A DNA stretch of 33,415 nucleotides, taken from a virus. Taxonomy: Duplodnaviria; Caudoviricetes. This document shows positions 8,308 through 16,827 of the stretch, piece after piece; within the stretch, counting starts at the first letter, position 1; the number at the start of each line of letters is the position of its first letter. Below the pieces are notes generated by a model that made no database searches, was not told the DNA's origin, and saw only the letters and a program-made list of their open reading frames with translations. Position numbers and translations under genes: made by a program. The stretch is taken from positions 1 to 33,415 of the IMG/VR virus record IMGVR_UViG_3300005077_000120; one strand, 5' to 3'.

Positions 8308-10167
8308 ATGGCAGGCACAAGATACTGTGGGTTTTCCGAAGAAGCAACTTATGGCACGAAAGTCACCACTGCAACTGACTTCGTATATTCCGATGTAGGA
8401 GAGGCAGGGCTGGATACTCCTGAGGAGCAGGCACTTGTCTATGAGGGCATCTCTCAGAGGGTGGCTCAGACTGTTGCCCCCGGGCAGTATATTCCTGAGG
8501 GTGATATAGCAGTGCCCGTGGATGGCATCCTGATGGGATGGTTTACCAAGTGGCTGCTCGGCACCTATTACAACAATGAGCAGGCTGCCGGGACGGAAAT
8601 ATACACCCATACATTCCGGGGTGGGAACACAGTGAAGTCATTCACTGCCAGGATCGGCAAGGAGTTGCTGCAGCATACTTTTGAGGGATGCAAGATCAGC
8701 TCTGCCAGCCTCGAGATCCCAAAGGGTGAATTTGCAAAGCTCACCATGAATGTCGTGGCTGAGAAGGACAGCAAAGACACCATCCTGGATGAGTCAGCAG
8801 TGACCGTCACCAGGACAGCATACTTCTCATTCATTCATGCATCAGTCACTGTGGGAGGCTCACCTGTAGCAGTGGAAGGGCTCACCCTGGATATCAACAA
8901 TAACATCTCAGGAGAGGATGGGGTGAGACTGGGCAGCAGGTTTGCTCAGAACCTTTACGAAGGTAACAGGGAGATAGAGCTTTCCCTGGATATGCCCTTT
9001 GAGGCAATCACCCAGCTTGAAAACTTCTGGGGAGGCACCTCTCCCACAGGGCCGACCTCTATCGGGGAAAAGGCAGTGGTCATTACCCTGACCTCTGACA
9101 CAGAAGTCATCACCGGCAGCGGCGTATACTATGCCCTGACCTTCACCCTTCCCCGGTGCATATTCCAGGGTATCGGGCAGCCTGTGAGCGGCAGGGAGCG
9201 CATGACGCAGTCAGCCAAGATCAGAGCCCTGTATGATACCGTCACGCTGAAGGACATCGAAGTCACTTTTGTGACTGATTACTTCACATACAGCAATGAT
9301 GCCTTCTTCAGGGGCATGGCGAAAAAGTCAAATGAGGTGTGGGCGGTCGGCACTAAAGGACAGATATACTATAGTGCTGATGCAGGAGCAACGGCATTCA
9401 GTGCTCAGACCTCTGGCCTTACCGGGTATGCCAATAAGCTGAATGCCATCAGCATGTATGATGCCAATAACGGGTATGCAGTGGGCAATGATGGCAAGGT
9501 GCTGCACACCACTGACGGCATTGCATGGAGTGATGTATCTCCTGCCGGGGTCACGACAGACTTTTACGGGGTGTTTGCCGAAGCGGCAGCCACCGTTTAC
9601 ATTTGCGGTGCAGGCGGGGCAATCTACAAGAGCACAGACTCAGGTGCCACCTGGGCAGCAAAAACCTCAGGCATCACGACAGACCTCTATGCCATCTCGG
9701 GCATTACCGGCCTGTATCTGGCAGTAGGTGCCTCAGGCAAGATCCTGGGCTCTGCCGATGGTGATACATGGGCAAGTAAAACCACAGGCAAAACCTGCAG
9801 CCTCTATTGTGTCAGCATGTATGATGGCACTCCTGATCTCCATCTGGTAGGTGGTGAGGATGGATGTGTGCTCAGCTCAGCAGATGGAACCACCTGGGCT
9901 GATGTGAGCATCTCAGGGAACACAGAGGATGTGAGAGGCATCTCAGTGCTCTCAGCTACAGGAGCAGTGGCAGTGGGTGGCAATTGCACCGTCTACAACA
10001 CCACGAATGCAGGAGTTGCATGGTCAGCAAAAACCACAGGTCAGACGAATGTGGAGTATTATGGGGTGATTGCTGTATCAGCTTCTGAATGGTGGGTATG
10101 TGGCACCTTTGAGAGCATCTTGAAAACTGCTGATACCGGGGCAAACTGGACAGAAATGACGGTGTAG
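8308..10167 (+). CDS. Major tail tube protein with C-terminal BNR/YCF48-like beta-propeller
   Basis: N-terminal ~325 aa: EEATYGT, YTHTF, SFTARIG, FEGCKISS, LTLDINNN, GNREIELSL (tube-like). C-terminal repeats AVG..G.I..S.D.G.TW. Confidence 0.85.
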   Translation: MAGTRYCGFSEEATYGTKVTTATDFVYSDVGEAGLDTPEEQALVYEGISQRVAQTVAPGQYIPEGDIAVPVDGILMGWFTKWLLGTYYNNEQAAGTEIYTHTFRGGNTVKSFTARIGKELLQHTFEGCKISSASLEIPKGEFAKLTMNVVAEKDSKDTILDESAVTVTRTAYFSFIHASVTVGGSPVAVEGLTLDINNNISGEDGVRLGSRFAQNLYEGNREIELSLDMPFEAITQLENFWGGTSPTGPTSIGEKAVVITLTSDTEVITGSGVYYALTFTLPRCIFQGIGQPVSGRERMTQSAKIRALYDTVTLKDIEVTFVTDYFTYSNDAFFRGMAKKSNEVWAVGTKGQIYYSADAGATAFSAQTSGLTGYANKLNAISMYDANNGYAVGNDGKVLHTTDGIAWSDVSPAGVTTDFYGVFAEAAATVYICGAGGAIYKSTDSGATWAAKTSGITTDLYAISGITGLYLAVGASGKILGSADGDTWASKTTGKTCSLYCVSMYDGTPDLHLVGGEDGCVLSSADGTTWADVSISGNTEDVRGISVLSATGAVAVGGNCTVYNTTNAGVAWSAKTTGQTNVEYYGVIAVSASEWWVCGTFESILKTADTGANWTEMTV

Positions 10168-10182
10168 ACAGAACCCCATGAC

Positions 10183-10208
10183 AGGCCGGTGCCCATGGCC
10201 GGCCTTTT
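10183..10208 (+). promoter_or_regulatory. Late-region hairpin, copy 2 (loop GCCCATG), terminator-like
   Basis: AGGCCGGT-GCCCATG-GCCGGCCT followed by TTTGT, after the tail tube stop. Confidence 0.6.
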
Positions 10209-10231
10209 GTATATCACCCCTGGAGGTAAGC

Positions 10232-10564
10232 ATGCAGAGTTATGAATGGAAGTCACTGATTGCCCTGATAGTTCTGGCATTCGCAATGTTCTCAATACTG
10301 GCATCATGTCAACTCCCTGCATGCACAGGTGAGAGCACCCAGGCTGAAGCAGTGCCAGTCAGCAAGCATATTCAGCTTGATGGCATTGATGATTTTACAG
10401 GCAGGAAGGTCTGGATTGAGTATGTGACTGGTGGGATTCTTAGGAATGACTCAGGCACCTTCGAGGGATACACTGACAATGATTTTTATTACCTGCCCGA
10501 TGGCAAGCATTACACAAAGATTATCAGGCGGGAGTTTGTGGTATCAGTAGAGGTAAAGGAATAA
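10232..10564 (+). CDS. Predicted lipoprotein (moron)
   Basis: GGAGG RBS before ATG 10232; hydrophobic signal LIALIVLAFAMFSI followed by lipobox LASC. Confidence 0.7.
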   Translation: MQSYEWKSLIALIVLAFAMFSILASCQLPACTGESTQAEAVPVSKHIQLDGIDDFTGRKVWIEYVTGGILRNDSGTFEGYTDNDFYYLPDGKHYTKIIRREFVVSVEVKE

Positions 10565-10579
10565 AGGGAGGGCAAAGGG

Positions 10580-11062
10580 ATGAATGAGCAGGGATACGAA
10601 AACAAGATGATGAGCACACCTTACAGCATCAAGGAGAGGCTGCTGAAGGGCTCAAAGATGCGGAAGGTTGTGGAAGTGCCTGATGCTGAAGGCGGGGTCA
10701 TTGAAGTGACCATCAGACCGCTGTATGATGCAGAGGCGACAGAGATCCAGGGCATGGTGCTGGCAGGTATGGATCTGCAGTTTGATATGGAGCAGCTCAA
10801 TGTCACTGCTGACTCAGGGAAGCAACTGATACAAGGCCTCATGCAGAAGATGGGCTCAGATGCCATTGCCGGGATATTCCGCAACAATGCTGCAGCTAAT
10901 GCAAAAATCTGTGCATGGTGCATTGTTGACAACCAGGGGCAGAGCTTGTTTACCCTGGATGAGGTGAAGCAGTTTACCGGGGGGCTCACCGGCAGGATTG
11001 CCGAAGAAGTCAGAGCACTCTCAGGCACTGAGGAGGATAAGCGGGTAAACAACTTTCGTTAA
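10580..11062 (+). CDS. Tail assembly chaperone (gpG-like)
   Basis: Between tail tube and tape measure; EVTIRPL motif; ends AAC TTT CGT TAA. Confidence 0.8.
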   Translation: MNEQGYENKMMSTPYSIKERLLKGSKMRKVVEVPDAEGGVIEVTIRPLYDAEATEIQGMVLAGMDLQFDMEQLNVTADSGKQLIQGLMQKMGSDAIAGIFRNNAAANAKICAWCIVDNQGQSLFTLDEVKQFTGGLTGRIAEEVRALSGTEEDKRVNNFR

Positions 11063-11297
11063 ATCGCCTGTGGGCATTGAGATGTGGTCTCTCCACAAGG
11101 AGGGCTGCCGGGTGATCAGCAATCAGCAGGATATGACCTATCTCCAGAAGGCATGGATACTGGCTGCCCTGACCTGGGAGAATGAGCAGGCAGAGCAGGC
11201 ACACCTGCAGAGCACTGACCCGAAAAGAGCCAGGGCTCATGCACTCCAGGCTGACCTGGAGGCAAAGATGAGAGCAAAGCAGAGGAAGGAGACTTGA
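11055..11297 (+). CDS. Tail assembly chaperone extension (gpT-like), probably expressed by +1 frameshift
   Basis: The +1 frame is open from 11049 and reads FVKSPVGIEMWSLHKEG...; no clear RBS for GTG 11070. Confidence 0.7.
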   Translation, partial: FVKSPVGIEMWSLHKEGCRVISNQQDMTYLQKAWILAALTWENEQAEQAHLQSTDPKRARAHALQADLEAKMRAKQRKET

Positions 11298-11301
11298 TGC
11301 A

Positions 11302-14300
11302 GTGGCAACGATAGCAGAAATCATCATCAGAGCAACTGATCAGGCATCCTCTGCATTGAAGGGTATCGGCTCAGCAGCCACCACCATGGCGCACACGGTG
11401 AGCACTGCCAGCAAACAGATGGGGCAGAGCCTGCAGAATGCCGTGAAGGGTGCTGAGGACATAGGGAAACTCCTGGCACAGGCAGGAGCAGCAGGCATGG
11501 GGGCATTCGGCATGGCAGCAAAGTCTGCTGCTGATTTTGAGGCAGAACTCAAAAACACCATGACCATGACAGGGCTGACCGGCACAAAGTTTGATGAGAT
11601 GGAAGTCAAAGTCAAAGACATGGCAAACACCATGGCAACAAAGTTCGGTGTGACCGGGCAGGAAGTGCTGAAGTCATATTACTATGTATTGAGCACAGGT
11701 GTCCAGGCAGGCAGCAAAGGTTTTAAAACCCTGTCTGATGCTGCCATGGGAATGTCAAAGGTGGTGGGCACTGACCTTTCATCCTCTGTCACATACATTG
11801 CTGATGTGACGAAGATTTGGGGAAAGACCATGGAGGAGTCAGCTCACACTGCTGATATCCTTTTTAAGGGTTCCCAGCTCGGCAATACCACTGTTGAGCA
11901 GTTGGCTGAGGCAATGAATATGGGAGGCAAGGCTGCTGCCACCCTGGGTATATCCATGGAGGATACTGCAGCCATTCTGGTGGCATTCGCCGATAACGGT
12001 CTGAAGGGCTCAGAGGCAGGCACTGCCCTGAAGCAGGTGCTGATGAAACTTGCAGCACCACCGAAAGAAGCTGCAGCAGCCCTGGCTCAATTGGGAGTGC
12101 AGGTGTATGCTGCAGGCAGCAAGATGGCAGATGCTTCAAGCATTATTGCTGATCTCAAGAAAGCATTGAAGGGCATCAAGAGCACTGATCTCCCAGGCTA
12201 TTTTTCCCAGCTCGGTGTATCCATGAAGGATGCTTCAGGCAAGGCAAAACCAATGAAGGATGTGCTCATTGAGCTTGAGGCAATCCTCAAAAAGGGCATC
12301 ACCCCGGCACATATTGCAGTATTCAAAAAGATGGGTGTCGATACTGCTGCCAGTGCAGGCAATATGAGGCCCATGGTAGATATACTGAAGGATCTGCAGG
12401 ATAAACTGAAGGGGGTATCAGAGGAAGAGCGCAATAAGGCCATGGCTGATATTGCAGGGCTGGATGCCATGCAAGCCTTTGGTGCAGTGCTCAATATGAA
12501 CACTGAGAACATCAAGAGCCAGTCAGAGGCAATGCAAAAAACCAATATGATCAACGATGCTCTCAAGAAAAAGATGGATACACTTTCTGAGCAGTATAAA
12601 GTGATGAAAGAGCACATCATGCAGGTAGTGCGTATCATTGGAGATACCCTCCTGCCGGTGTTGAAAGAAAAGGTAAAGCTCATCAGTGACCTCACAAAAA
12701 AGGTGGCAGACTATCTGAAGGCACACCCGAAACTCACTGCATTTCTGGCAAAGTGGGGATCAATGGGCTCTGTGATAGCAGCAGCAGCAGGTGCAGCAAT
12801 TCTGGCACTCACCGGGATGATCAGCATGGCAGGCACTATCCTGGGAGCATTGGGTGCAATCATTGCAGCCGTGTTCTCACCCCTGGGCATTGCCATTGCT
12901 CTGATGGTAGCAGGCATCAAGCTGGCATTTGACAGGAACTTCCTGGGCATCAAAGATACGGTGGTCAACTTTGTCAAACTGTTCCAGGCAGAATGGGTGA
13001 AGATTGCAGCCTTCATCAAGCAGGACAATATGAAAGGTGCCCTGGATGAACTGAAAAACCTCTTCGGAACTGTATGGGATGGCATTGTGGCGAAGGTCAC
13101 AGAGGTGAAGGGTAAACTGGCAACAGAGTTCAATGGCATCAAGCAGAAAATAACTGAGGCCATTGCTGCCATCACCCTGGTGATACAGCCCTTTGCTGAT
13201 GCATTCAAGCAGGTGGCAACAGCAGTGCAGGGGTTTGTGGGCAGTGAAAGGGTGCACCAGTTCTTCAAGAGCTTAAAGGAAATCCTCCCTCAGGTCACTC
13301 CCCTTGTAAAAGAGTTCGGCCCTGCACTCCTGGCAGCAGCAGCAGGATTTGCTGCACTCTCAGCGGCATCAGGCCCTGCCACCGCAGCCCTGCAGGCATT
13401 CCTGGCGATATTCATCAAGAATCCCATCGTGGCAATAGTGCTCGGTGCACTGGCTCTGCTTTATGAGGGCTGGACGAAAAACTGGGGCGGGATGAGAGAC
13501 TTCCTCCAGCCTGTGGTTACCTCCATACAGCAGTGGCTCACAGGCCTTGTGACATGGTTTCAGTCAGGGGGTCTGCAGGGAATGCTGGCTCAGGCAAAGG
13601 TATGGTGGGACAACCTGATGAACGGGCTGAAGGCCGCCGCCGATGTGGTGATCCCTCTCATTCAGCAGGCATGGCAGGGACTGGTGAAGTTCTTCACCCC
13701 CATCATTGCTGAGCTGATGAATACCACAGTGCCTGCATTGCAGGAGATATGGGTGAGACTCCAGGCAGATATTGCAAAGTTTGTGCAGGATATCGGGCCG
13801 CCCCTTCAGGAACTGTGGAGATCCCTCACAGAACTCTGGAAGGAAATTGAGCCCTATGTGCTGCAGTTTGTGGGGTTCATGCAGCAGTATTTGATTGCAC
13901 AGATCCCCCTGTGGACAGAGGCATTCAAAGGATGGTTCAATTACTGGGAATATGCCTGGAATAACATCTTCAGCCCTATCCTCACAAAGGTGGTCATCCC
14001 CATATGCTCAGGCATTGTCAATGAAATAGTGCTCATGATCAAGCTCATTGAGAACACCTTCAATGGGATGACAGAGATTATCAATAGGGTGAAGGCAGTT
14101 TTCGATGGGCTGAAACAAGCTATTATCGCTGCACTGAATACCATCAAAACAGCAGTCACAAACTGGACTAGCAGCACCTTCGGGGGGCTCATTACAAAAC
14201 TGAATCAACTGCAGAGCCTCATTGACAGGATAAAGGGCAAGCAGTCTCAGCTTGCAGGAGCACAGGCAGGCTCAGGCAGTTCCGTGGGTAACTCCTCCAG

Positions 14301-14433
14301 TGGGGGCAGCAGCAAAACATCAAAGAGTATCATCATCCAGGGCAATATTTATGGTGGCTCATCAGGGCTCAGGGAATTGGAGGGCACCCTCAGCAAATAC
14401 ACTGGGGAGAGACTGGCCCGGGGGGTGGCATAG
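11302..14433 (+). CDS. Tail tape measure protein, TP901-family core
   Basis: IIIRATDQAS N-terminus, KSAADFEAEL, NTTVEQLAEAM, GLKGSEAGTALK; long Ala/Trp amphipathic repeats; 1043 aa. Confidence 0.95.
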   Translation: MATIAEIIIRATDQASSALKGIGSAATTMAHTVSTASKQMGQSLQNAVKGAEDIGKLLAQAGAAGMGAFGMAAKSAADFEAELKNTMTMTGLTGTKFDEMEVKVKDMANTMATKFGVTGQEVLKSYYYVLSTGVQAGSKGFKTLSDAAMGMSKVVGTDLSSSVTYIADVTKIWGKTMEESAHTADILFKGSQLGNTTVEQLAEAMNMGGKAAATLGISMEDTAAILVAFADNGLKGSEAGTALKQVLMKLAAPPKEAAAALAQLGVQVYAAGSKMADASSIIADLKKALKGIKSTDLPGYFSQLGVSMKDASGKAKPMKDVLIELEAILKKGITPAHIAVFKKMGVDTAASAGNMRPMVDILKDLQDKLKGVSEEERNKAMADIAGLDAMQAFGAVLNMNTENIKSQSEAMQKTNMINDALKKKMDTLSEQYKVMKEHIMQVVRIIGDTLLPVLKEKVKLISDLTKKVADYLKAHPKLTAFLAKWGSMGSVIAAAAGAAILALTGMISMAGTILGALGAIIAAVFSPLGIAIALMVAGIKLAFDRNFLGIKDTVVNFVKLFQAEWVKIAAFIKQDNMKGALDELKNLFGTVWDGIVAKVTEVKGKLATEFNGIKQKITEAIAAITLVIQPFADAFKQVATAVQGFVGSERVHQFFKSLKEILPQVTPLVKEFGPALLAAAAGFAALSAASGPATAALQAFLAIFIKNPIVAIVLGALALLYEGWTKNWGGMRDFLQPVVTSIQQWLTGLVTWFQSGGLQGMLAQAKVWWDNLMNGLKAAADVVIPLIQQAWQGLVKFFTPIIAELMNTTVPALQEIWVRLQADIAKFVQDIGPPLQELWRSLTELWKEIEPYVLQFVGFMQQYLIAQIPLWTEAFKGWFNYWEYAWNNIFSPILTKVVIPICSGIVNEIVLMIKLIENTFNGMTEIINRVKAVFDGLKQAIIAALNTIKTAVTNWTSSTFGGLITKLNQLQSLIDRIKGKQSQLAGAQAGSGSSVGNSSSGGSSKTSKSIIIQGNIYGGSSGLRELEGTLSKYTGERLARGVA

Positions 14434-14792
14434 TGGGTAATTACTTTTACTTTGATTCATACTTGTTTCCTGAGCCGCAGAAGTTCGATGTGGTGCCCTT
14501 TGAGATAGGGGAAAACAAAAGACTGGCCTCAGGCAGGATGGTCACTGACATTGTATGCATCAAAAAGAAGTTTGTCATGACCTATCCCTTCCTGAACTGG
14601 CTCTATCTCAAAAACGCCAACACCCTTTTCCTGGCATCAGATTATTTTACCCTGACCTATCCCCATGGGGGTGTGAGCAACAACACTGCCACCGTGAAAC
14701 TGATGGATATATCAGGGGATCTCCAGTATATTGAGGCTGCCGGGGATGACTGGATGTATCGGGATATCACCCTGACCCTGGAGGAACAATGA
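14433..14792 (+). CDS. Putative distal tail protein
   Basis: Directly after tape measure; 119 aa; RLASGRMVTD and terminal ITLTLEEQ pattern. Confidence 0.7.
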   Translation: MGNYFYFDSYLFPEPQKFDVVPFEIGENKRLASGRMVTDIVCIKKKFVMTYPFLNWLYLKNANTLFLASDYFTLTYPHGGVSNNTATVKLMDISGDLQYIEAAGDDWMYRDITLTLEEQ

Positions 14793-16744
14793 TCAGAACA
14801 TCCTCGGCATATCAGACGGCAGTGAAGGGTGACACAAGGAAAACCCTCCCCCTGGTGATGGCTGAGCTTAATTCTGCACTGGAGGGATACCCCTTCGCCA
14901 CAGCGACAGCAACCAGTGAGCAGGCAGGGTATGAGGCATCCCAGGCAGTGAACGGCAGGATCAGAGAGACAGCATACACCTCGACAGTATACCTGCCCTC
15001 TCAACTCTGGCCGGTGCATTATGGATGGTGGAGTAGTGCTCTGAGCAATGGCTCAGGGGTGCTCAGCGCCCCCCAGGTATTAGATATCACCTACACTGCC
15101 AGCATCAACTGCAAAAACTTTTTCCTGGTGGCGCCCAGCACCAATTATCCCACGGCATTCAGCATCTCAGTGAGCCCTGATGGCAGCACATGGCAAACAG
15201 TCTGCACAGAGACTGCCAATGCTGAGTGCCTTTACTCTTACAGGGCACCTGCTGAGATAACCTTTCAATATTGCCGGGTGACTATCACTGCTATCAGCGC
15301 AGCATCAAGCCCGGTGAAGGTGCTCCAGGCAGGGGCAGTCACCACCGTGGTATTTGAGCTGTATGATGCTGATGTGATGAAGTTCACTGAGGAGCTGGGC
15401 ATCCCTGCCAGCAGCAGCCCTCTGGCCCTGGTGAGCAGCAATGTGATTGAGTTCGCCATATCAAATGAGGCAAAGCTCACTGACCAGGATAATACAAGCA
15501 GTTTCTTTTATGGGCTGCTCGGCAAGAATTTCCGCTTCAGGGCATTCCTGGGGGTCAGGACAGTGGAGAGCCCTGAGCAGTACGAATGGATGCCCTGCGG
15601 GGTATGGTGGAACGTGGTGAGTGAGCAGACCACCAATGAGATTGTCTCATCCTTCATGGGGTATGACCGCTTATCAGTGCTCAAAGATGAGCAGGTGCCT
15701 GTGCTCAGCATCCAGGCTGATGCCACTGTATATGAGCTGTTTGACCTCCTCCTCCAGGAACTGGGTATGAACAGGGGTGAATACTGGATTGACCCTGACC
15801 TGGATCAGCCAGTTCCTGCAGGGTTTTTTGCAGGGCAGGTTGATAGCAACTTCTCAGATGAAACAGTGGGGGAAGTGCTCCAGGTGCTGGCAGAGGCAGG
15901 GTGTGCATATGTGCTCTGTGATAGATGGGGATTGATACGGGTGCAGAGCAACTTCCTGAACTCTGATCCTGTGGAAGAATTGACAGACAGCACTTACATT
16001 TTCAGCGTCCAGAAAAAGAAAGAATATAACCAGCTCTATGACAAGGTACGGGTGCGGTATAAAATACCCCAGGGTCTTGATGCAGAAGAAATTCTTTTTG
16101 AAACCACCCTGAACATACCCACAGGCGGGGGCACCCCTCTCGAGCTGGAAGCACCTGATCCTGTGGGCCTCATCACCAGAGTGGAACTCAACAGTACCAA
16201 TGCTGAAGTAAGTGCCTTTTACCCCGGGGCAGTCAGGAGCATCATAGAGTTTTCCAACACCGGAGCAACAGAATCTGCAACCGTGAAGGTTTACGGGCAG
16301 AAATTGAAGGTATTCAACACCAGTCTGGATGTAACAAACCTGGATGAAACAAAGGAGACTGCCAGGAAAATATTAAAGGTCAGCAACTGGCTCATACAGG
16401 ATAAGGATACTGCACAGACCTATGGAGATGTTCTGCTGCAGTTCTCCTCTGAGCCATATGGACAGTATATCATTAATGAAAGGGGGAATCCGGCCCGGGA
16501 AGCAGGAGATCTCATTGAGATTGATGATGACACAAATGACATTGCAAAGGAAGTGCAGATCACAAAGCAGGTGATCACCTGGAACGGCATCCTCAGTGCA
16601 GAAACAAGCACAAGGCCTGCAATTATCCAGAGTTCCTGGGTGTTCGTCCATCCAGGTCAGCCAGCACTTGAGGAGATCACAGAGGAGAAAACGACATATG
16701 ACGGGTTTATAACCCCGGTGCACATGGTTGAGATGAGGGCATAG
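14789..16744 (+). CDS. Tail-tip/baseplate hub protein with N-terminal discoidin (F5/8 C)-like domain
   Basis: ATATSEQ...ASQAVNG, WWSS, PTAFSISVSPDGSTWQTV, YCRVTIT (discoidin-like); GYDRLS, LAEAGCAYVLCDRWG and RGNPAREAGDLI (hub-like). Confidence 0.75.
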   Translation: MIRTSSAYQTAVKGDTRKTLPLVMAELNSALEGYPFATATATSEQAGYEASQAVNGRIRETAYTSTVYLPSQLWPVHYGWWSSALSNGSGVLSAPQVLDITYTASINCKNFFLVAPSTNYPTAFSISVSPDGSTWQTVCTETANAECLYSYRAPAEITFQYCRVTITAISAASSPVKVLQAGAVTTVVFELYDADVMKFTEELGIPASSSPLALVSSNVIEFAISNEAKLTDQDNTSSFFYGLLGKNFRFRAFLGVRTVESPEQYEWMPCGVWWNVVSEQTTNEIVSSFMGYDRLSVLKDEQVPVLSIQADATVYELFDLLLQELGMNRGEYWIDPDLDQPVPAGFFAGQVDSNFSDETVGEVLQVLAEAGCAYVLCDRWGLIRVQSNFLNSDPVEELTDSTYIFSVQKKKEYNQLYDKVRVRYKIPQGLDAEEILFETTLNIPTGGGTPLELEAPDPVGLITRVELNSTNAEVSAFYPGAVRSIIEFSNTGATESATVKVYGQKLKVFNTSLDVTNLDETKETARKILKVSNWLIQDKDTAQTYGDVLLQFSSEPYGQYIINERGNPAREAGDLIEIDDDTNDIAKEVQITKQVITWNGILSAETSTRPAIIQSSWVFVHPGQPALEEITEEKTTYDGFITPVHMVEMRA

Positions 16745-16768
16745 AACCCTCAGAACACAGGGAATGAG

Positions 16769-16800
16769 AGGCACTCTGAACAGGGTGCCTTTTGATTTTT
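16769..16800 (+). terminator. Rho-independent terminator-like hairpin
   Basis: AGGCACTCTG-AA-CAGGGTGCCT followed by TTTGATTTTT. Confidence 0.65.
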
Positions 16801-16827
16801 CAACAAAATAAAAGGAGTGATATCAAA

